Shown here one piece after another: positions 58,725-64,000 of a DNA stretch of 64,000 nt; within the stretch, counting starts at the first letter, position 1; each line of letters begins with the position of its first letter. The position numbers and the translations under genes are program-made. The notes under the pieces were generated by a model. It was not told the DNA's origin and ran no database searches. It saw only the letters and a list, made by a program, of their open reading frames with translations. Source of the DNA: Candidatus Latescibacterota bacterium (lineage in GTDB: Bacteria; Latescibacterota; UBA2968; GCA-2709665); the NCBI GenBank assembly GCA_965219995.1, contig CBDCOX010000002.1:3584001-3648000 (forward strand), given 5' to 3'.

Positions 58725-58782
58725 CGCGGCCAGGTGGTCGAGGAACCCGGAGCAACCGGGCACCTTCAACCATCTGGCCGCG
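58725..58782. terminator. Long imperfect hairpin between convergent genes (possible bidirectional terminator)
   Basis: CGCGGCCAGGTGGTCGAGG-AACCCGG/CCGGG-CACCTTCAACCATCTGGCCGCG; no U-tract. Confidence 0.4.
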
Positions 58783-58796
58783 CTGTGTACCTATAC

Positions 58797-59140
58797 CTAT
58801 TCTTCGACGATGGATTCCAGTTGCGCAATCAGAGGGGGTAAGTCGTTTCGGATTATCAATCGCAGGATTTCCAGGTCAACGTCATCGTAGCCGTGAACCA
58901 GACGGTTTCGTAGCCCGATAAACGGTCCAATCACTCCCATTGAGGGGGAGTCGCAGAAGCCGAGCCGATCCCTGAGCTTGTCGAAGGGCCGGCGACGGCT
59001 GGTGCGGTGGGGGGATTTCAACGCCTTGCCGCAGACACTCCAGGTTGCTTGACAACACATAGCACCGATCGCAATATGCCGGCTTCTCTTGCGTATATCA
59101 GCATATCCAGAAGGCTTACACGGTCGTCACGTCTGCTCAT
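58797..59140 (-). pseudogene. Disrupted DUF86/HepT (HEPN) toxin
   Basis: N-terminus MSRRDDRVSLLDMLIYAREA and C-terminus IGLRNRLVHGYDDVDLEIL (RxxxxH) lie in different frames, separated by REP-like sequence. Confidence 0.8.
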
Positions 59141-59441
59141 AGACCGCCTGCGCCGAGTCGAGTATGTCCTTCCGAAGCAGCCAATTGGGGTTGCTTTCGA
59201 CGCCCCGGAAGGTGTGGAGATCCACTCTTCTTCCATATATCTCCGACAACTCATCCTGCATGGTGATGAACTTCAGTCCCGGTGTATTGCCCGGCTCGAA
59301 CTCCACGAGCACGTCCACGTCGCTCTCCGGCGTGAAGTCGTCACGGAGCACTGAGCCAAACAGCGCCAGACGTTTGATGCCATTGCGCCGGCAGAAGGCA
59401 GCGGTCTTGTTTCTTGGAACGTCGATTCTTGCCTTCACCAA
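59127..59441 (-). CDS. Minimal nucleotidyltransferase (MntA-type antitoxin)
   Basis: LALFGSVLRDDFTPESDVDVLVEF..GRRVDL. Confidence 0.92.
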   Translation of the reverse strand: MVKARIDVPRNKTAAFCRRNGIKRLALFGSVLRDDFTPESDVDVLVEFEPGNTPGLKFITMQDELSEIYGRRVDLHTFRGVESNPNWLLRKDILDSAQAVYEQT

Positions 59442-59447
59442 TTGCAG

Positions 59448-60617
59448 TTATCTCCCACTTGAAGGCACCCGAAACGGCCTGAGATTCAGCATTGTCTCCT
59501 TATTGGCAATGTAGCTATTCCCTTTTTTTGAAATCCAACCTTCATCTGTGAGCCACTGTAGATCCTTCGTGATGATGAATGGATTTTTCTTGTACGACGG
59601 TCCTAGACGATCAATTGTCATAATTAACGCTAATTCGCTTACTTCTCGATCGCCGGCCGATAACTCAAGAAGCAGGTCGCGGCGCCTTTTTCCTTCGACA
59701 GTATCCTGTCTCGGAAAATGTCGGTATATGTGGTGCTGCCATACTATATCCAGATGCTGCTTCCAGATCATCTCCAACTGACCGTGAAGCCCGTCGAGGA
59801 GTCCCTGCACGGCATAGTAGAGAAAGGGTACGATCTCTCCTCCGGATTGACTGGTCCGCGCGAGTTGACGCGCGTATTCGGCACGTGTCGCACTATAGTG
59901 GCTGCTCAACAGGTGACATGCCGGTACCGGTATGCCCGCCTTCAATAATATAGCGAGCTCCAGCAATCTGGCTGTGCGGCCGTTGCCGTCTCCAAACGGA
60001 TGGATCCATGCCACATAAAGATGGGCCATTACCGCCTTGATGATTGCAAATGCAATCTCCTTGTCTTCGGGTACATCGAATTCATCCCGCAGCCAGTGGC
60101 ACAACTTCCCCAACAGGTATTCGCAATCCTCCGCGGGTGCTCCCCGATACCGACCGCCCACGCCAACCGAGTGGGTTCGAATCGTACCCGGAATGGAACC
60201 TTCTTGCTGATTGAGCTTTTCGAGAACAGCCCTATTCATCCCCCTGATCCACTCAATATCCAGGGGCTCGACCGACCTTTCGCGCATTCCCTCGATAGTG
60301 ACGTTGATCGCCTTAATAATGTTGTCCACTTCCTGCGCAAGATACTCGCGTGAGGGAGGCAACTCCAGCTCGCCTTCCAAATGTCGCAATACATCTTCTT
60401 CAGACAGGGTATTGCCTTCAATTGCGGTAGTGGCGTGCACACCCTTGGCCAGATAGATCTTATAGAGTTCCTCTGCCGAGTCATGAACCAGCGGCACCGT
60501 GGAGATGTGGACGATTTTGGACGTGCATTCTCCCAACTTCATCCAAAGAGAATAGGGCACGTCACGAAGATCGATTCGAAACGTGATCCAGGGATGAGTT
60601 TTTTCGTATTGCTTCAT
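59448..60617 (-). CDS. Fic family protein
   Basis: HPFGDGNGRTAR catalytic motif; N-terminal TTAIEGN inhibitory motif. Start may alternatively be 60641. Confidence 0.92.
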   Translation of the reverse strand: MKQYEKTHPWITFRIDLRDVPYSLWMKLGECTSKIVHISTVPLVHDSAEELYKIYLAKGVHATTAIEGNTLSEEDVLRHLEGELELPPSREYLAQEVDNIIKAINVTIEGMRERSVEPLDIEWIRGMNRAVLEKLNQQEGSIPGTIRTHSVGVGGRYRGAPAEDCEYLLGKLCHWLRDEFDVPEDKEIAFAIIKAVMAHLYVAWIHPFGDGNGRTARLLELAILLKAGIPVPACHLLSSHYSATRAEYARQLARTSQSGGEIVPFLYYAVQGLLDGLHGQLEMIWKQHLDIVWQHHIYRHFPRQDTVEGKRRRDLLLELSAGDREVSELALIMTIDRLGPSYKKNPFIITKDLQWLTDEGWISKKGNSYIANKETMLNLRPFRVPSSGR

Positions 60618-60663
60618 GCTTTTCCTATGTCTAAAATCCACGCACTATCGTCCACTCGCCTTG

Positions 60664-61986
60664 TTATCCCTCGGCATTCCCTTCGCCAGATGTCCCCGAG
60701 AGTCTTATCATCATGCGCCGCAGCATTTCGTTGAAGGTCTTTTTAAGTACCTCCAGATCCCGTCCGATGAATTCTTGCTCGAAATTGAGATACCCACACC
60801 TAAACTTCCAGACGCAACGATTCGAATCTGCTTCGTTCTCAATTCTGATTTCGAAGTTAATTCCCTTCTTCGCTTGATATTGCGACAGCCAAAAACCAAG
60901 ATTGGTGGAGACAAAGAGTGCGTTTTCGGGCCAAGCTTCAACGCTTTCGTCAAGCCGAAAACGACGAACCTGATTGTCTTGGCTCCTCACAGAAGAATCG
61001 CTACTAAGTACTTGGATATTCTCAAATATTCCGGAAAACTGCTCACACTTCTCTTTGCAATACAGAAAAATGGGACATAGTACGTTGCTTGCATATTCCC
61101 TAGCTTGAATAGGGTCACCGGTACCAGATTGAATCGATCGCTTGAAGAGCGCGATTTCTTTATCTATGTCCTCAACTTCATGGATGTCCTCGCCCCGGGC
61201 GGCGCGCAGATGGAGATTAAGGGTATATTCGCAGCAGCCGGCAACATACGCGACGAATTCGGCAAGGTCTTCGGATTTGTCGGCCTGCTCCAGCGTGCTG
61301 ATGTATCGATTTCGCTCTTGTATGGGTGTGATCGCGACCGCGTAGCCGTGCTTAATCAGGATCATGTTCATCAGCAGCCGCGCCAATCGCCCGTTTCCGT
61401 CGTCGAAAGGATGAATTCTGACAAAGCGATAGTGAAACGTGGCGGCGATCACGATGGGATGCTCGTCCTCGGCCTCTGCCTTTCTGTACCAATCGATGAG
61501 ATCGCTCATCGCCGGTTTTACCTGCTCGGGTTGCGTGAAGTAGTAGATCTCGCCCGTGGAAGTTCTCACGTTATTCGGGTGTGTCTTGTATTCACCGATG
61601 GAAATGAGCCGCTTCGTCGGCTGTCCATCGGGCGTGATGGCGTCAATTTCATACGGCTTTTTCAGCAGTACCCCGTGAAGATTCCGGATGAAGACTTCAT
61701 TGAGGGACTCGTCTCGTTCGACAGCATCCGCAGTCGCCTTTACTGCCTCGTCGTGCCCCTCGATGTCCAGATGATCCCGCATGGACTTCCCGTGGGCCGT
61801 CAGGCCATGCAAGATCAGGCTTCTCGTTTCTCCGAGTGTCAGGCTGTTGCCTTCGATGGCGTTCGAGTGGTAATTGGACTCGATCCGGAGCTTTTGCTCG
61901 ATTCGCCCTACGATATCGGCACGCAGCGGCCGCAATGCGTCCAACTCCGCTTTCAATGTATCGATTTTTGCAATGACGTTGCTCAT
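60664..61986 (-). CDS. Fic family protein
   Basis: HPFDDGNGRLAR; HSNAIEGN inhibitory motif; unrecognised C-terminal domain of about 170 aa. Confidence 0.92.
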   Translation of the reverse strand: MSNVIAKIDTLKAELDALRPLRADIVGRIEQKLRIESNYHSNAIEGNSLTLGETRSLILHGLTAHGKSMRDHLDIEGHDEAVKATADAVERDESLNEVFIRNLHGVLLKKPYEIDAITPDGQPTKRLISIGEYKTHPNNVRTSTGEIYYFTQPEQVKPAMSDLIDWYRKAEAEDEHPIVIAATFHYRFVRIHPFDDGNGRLARLLMNMILIKHGYAVAITPIQERNRYISTLEQADKSEDLAEFVAYVAGCCEYTLNLHLRAARGEDIHEVEDIDKEIALFKRSIQSGTGDPIQAREYASNVLCPIFLYCKEKCEQFSGIFENIQVLSSDSSVRSQDNQVRRFRLDESVEAWPENALFVSTNLGFWLSQYQAKKGINFEIRIENEADSNRCVWKFRCGYLNFEQEFIGRDLEVLKKTFNEMLRRMMIRLSGTSGEGNAEG

Positions 61987-62086
61987 GATCTATTCCTGCA
62001 AATCAACATTCCAACCCATGCCACGGTTGTTTTCTATTCCAATCCAAGACTATCAATGCCGTAGAAGCACGTCTGAACTCTGGGCG

Positions 62087-62398
62087 TCAGAGCCCATAGA
62101 CTTCAATGCCTTCCTTGAGGACGTTCTTGTATATCAGGCCGTCATTGTCCTTGTGCTCTGCCAGGTCCTGTTCGGTTGCGACGACAATATCGAATGGTAC
62201 AGCCAGTCCCTTGATTTCGCGGTAGAGTTTCTGTGCGGTTTGCCGCCGATGAGTGCCGTCGGGCATGACGACCAGAAGATCGATGTCGCTTTGCAGCCCT
62301 GACTCTTTTCTGGCTGCAGAGCCGAAGAGCACGATTCGCAAAGGATTTACACGCTTTACGACCTCGCCAACGAGCCTGTCTACCTTCGATTCTGCCAT
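62087..62398 (-). CDS. Minimal nucleotidyltransferase (orphan)
   Basis: RIVLFGSAAR..SDIDLLVV..PFDIVV. Confidence 0.9.
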   Translation of the reverse strand: MAESKVDRLVGEVVKRVNPLRIVLFGSAARKESGLQSDIDLLVVMPDGTHRRQTAQKLYREIKGLAVPFDIVVATEQDLAEHKDNDGLIYKNVLKEGIEVYGL

Positions 62399-62487
62399 TG
62401 TCCTTTACTTTCGTTGATGCACATGTTTTTTGAATGTATACACAATGATGTGCAGATCGTCAAGGGGAAGGGAGGTCGAGGAGCGGT

Positions 62488-63240
62488 TCAGCGACGTACC
62501 CGGAACCCCTGGGCCGTCAGGAATTCGTCCAGTTCGGCGCGGGCGTGGAATTGCCCGGTGCGGTCCGCCATGACCGTGGTCCACCGCTGGTCGCCTTCGT
62601 GCATCCCCTGCGAAGTATAGAAGTCGACCATGGTCCTGTCGTATTCCTCCATGGCCAATTGATGCGTCTCGTCGCAGAGATACCGTTCGCGATGCAAGAC
62701 GGCGTCCAGAGGCAGCCGAGGTTTGACTTCAGGATTCTGCGCCGGATACCCGATGCAGAAGCCGGCCACGGCCACGACGTACGGAGGTAGGTCCAGCAAT
62801 TTGCCGACCGACTTCGGATTGTTCCGCATTGCGCCGATCATACAGATGCCCAGTCCCAGCGATTCCGCGGCTATCGCCACGTTCTGCATCATCAGCGCCA
62901 CGTCCACCGTCGCAATCATCAACGCCTCCGCATAGTCCCCGTCAAACTGCTCCGCGTCGTGCATCCGGTTGGCCATCCTGTCCCGGTGCAGGTCCGCGCA
63001 GAAGGCCAGAAACGCCGCGCTCTGGTGGATTTGCACCTGATCGGCGCACAGTTCGGCCAGTCTCTTCTTCCGTTCCGGGTCCGCCACGTGGATGACCGTG
63101 TAGGCCTGCAGGTTGCTGGACGTGCTCGCCTGCTGCCCGCACCGGATCAGTGTCTCGAGGACGCCGTCGGGCAGCGCCCGGTCCTGGAACCGGCGGACAC
63201 TACGGTGGGACATCAGGAGATCGATCGTAGAATTGGACAT
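62488..63240 (-). CDS. NADPH-dependent nitro/flavin reductase (NfsA/Frp family)
   Basis: SHRSVRRF..ASTSSNLQAY..FCADL..AESLGLGICMIGAMRN..KPRLP. Confidence 0.92.
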   Translation of the reverse strand: MSNSTIDLLMSHRSVRRFQDRALPDGVLETLIRCGQQASTSSNLQAYTVIHVADPERKKRLAELCADQVQIHQSAAFLAFCADLHRDRMANRMHDAEQFDGDYAEALMIATVDVALMMQNVAIAAESLGLGICMIGAMRNNPKSVGKLLDLPPYVVAVAGFCIGYPAQNPEVKPRLPLDAVLHRERYLCDETHQLAMEEYDRTMVDFYTSQGMHEGDQRWTTVMADRTGQFHARAELDEFLTAQGFRVRR

Positions 63241-63257
63241 GTAGAACCTCGTAAGAG

Positions 63258-63388
63258 CGGGGAGACGTTAGACGTAAGAGGGGAGAGATTGTCCGCCTCG
63301 TCCGTTTTCAATTTGTGCCGCAGGCACAAAGGAAAAACCAATCGGGCAAGGACGTTATCTACCGTCTAACGTCTACCCTCTCACCGCC
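63258..63388. repeat. MITE-like element, family A
   Basis: GCGGGGAGACGTTAGACGTAAGAG..CCAATCGGGCAAGGA..CTACCGTCTAACGTCTACCCTCTCACCGCC. Confidence 0.75.
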
Positions 63389-63403
63389 GTCAGGCTGAGG
63401 GCC

Positions 63404-63436
63404 AATAAAAACGGGCGGGTTTCGGAACCCACCCAT
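63404..63436 (-). terminator. Rho-independent terminator of the atp operon
   Basis: Minus strand GGGTGGGTT-CCGA-AACCCGCCC followed by GTTTTTATT. Confidence 0.75.
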
Positions 63437-63466
63437 TCATGGAAACGCCTTGTTTGATACGGTGGT

Positions 63467-63871
63467 TTATTGTCCCCCGATCCGCAGCCGGTTGATCGCC
63501 CGCGCCAGGGCCAGGTTTGCACGCGCCTCGTCGATTTGCTGTTCTTGTTTTCGCGTCAGCATTTCCCGCGCGCGGTCTCTGGCGGCTTCGGCTCGGTTTA
63601 CGTCAATATCCTGCGAGAATTCTGCCGTCTCCGCCAGAACGGTAACGCGGTCGCGCTGGACTTCCGCGAATCCGCCGCTGATCGCAACCGACGTTGACCT
63701 CTGCTCCCGATCAAAAAAGGTCATCCGGCCGATGTCCAGAGAGGCCAGCATCGGATGGTGCCCGGCAAGCACGCCAAATCCGCCCTCGGTTCCCGGCGCG
63801 CGCAGGCTCGCTACTTCGCCGGAATAGACCGTCTTTTCCGGTGTCACGATTTCAAGCTGAAACGTCGGCAT
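63467..63871 (-). CDS. atpC: F0F1 ATP synthase subunit epsilon
   Basis: LEIVTPEK..PGTEGGFGVLAGH..SGGFAEV..VTVLAETA..LARAINRL. Confidence 0.96.
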   Translation of the reverse strand: MPTFQLEIVTPEKTVYSGEVASLRAPGTEGGFGVLAGHHPMLASLDIGRMTFFDREQRSTSVAISGGFAEVQRDRVTVLAETAEFSQDIDVNRAEAARDRAREMLTRKQEQQIDEARANLALARAINRLRIGGQ

Positions 63872-63885
63872 AGCAGGTTCGGTCT

Positions 63886-64000
63886 CTAAAGCGTTTTTGC
63901 CTTCTCAATGGCCTGTTCAATCGGTCCCACCAGATGGAAGGCCTGCTCGGGCAGATCGTCGTATTCGCCTTCGGCCAATCCCTTGAACCCCTTAACCGTA
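63886..64000 (-). CDS. atpD: F0F1 ATP synthase subunit beta, C-terminal fragment
   Basis: Hand translation [37 protein letters not shown]; directly upstream of atpC. Confidence 0.93.
   Translation of the reverse strand, partial: TVKGFKGLAEGEYDDLPEQAFHLVGPIEQAIEKAKTL

Noticed and set aside
3488-62064. Long antisense ORFs (e.g. 3488-4669, 7845-9320, 26243-27523, 44968-46602, 48971-50992, 55689-57692, 61105-62064)
   Set aside because: Shadow frames of well-supported genes in GC-rich DNA, with no recognisable motifs.

Overview
GC-rich bacterial chromosomal window. Lineage cannot be established from sequence alone; the GWxTD, Gfo/Idh/MocA and heparinase II/III content resembles Latescibacterota/Gemmatimonadota-like genomes (inference). 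All family calls come from motif recognition by eye; no database search was run. 1-21.5 kb: a surface-protein locus with three GWxTD-like proteins (one partial) and seven paralogous Kelch beta-propeller lipoproteins, five of them in a tandem array with hypervariable loops and mosaic segments. 21.6-43 kb: metabolic and housekeeping genes (VOC, HpcH aldolase, two Gfo/Idh/MocA, recJ, cutC, folE2), a YbjN-PspA-DUF4178 / lipoprotein-DUF350-spermidine synthase module split into convergent halves, and a heparinase II/III-like lyase. 43-64 kb: toxin-antitoxin genes, a hydrolase/aminotransferase operon, a GxxExxY gene, a second heparinase II/III-like gene, a Fic-Fic-MNT/HEPN islet, an NfsA-like nitroreductase and the end of the atp operon. 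Intergenic regions are filled with modular REP/MITE-like repeats. The best candidate for an undescribed system is the GxxExxY gene: it is flanked by inverted 33-bp motifs, and the tandem units carrying those motifs also carry degenerate copies of the 3' ends of both neighbouring genes. The second candidate is the variable Kelch lipoprotein repertoire linked to GWxTD proteins. No rRNA, tRNA, CRISPR array, integrase, transposase or reverse transcriptase was recognised.
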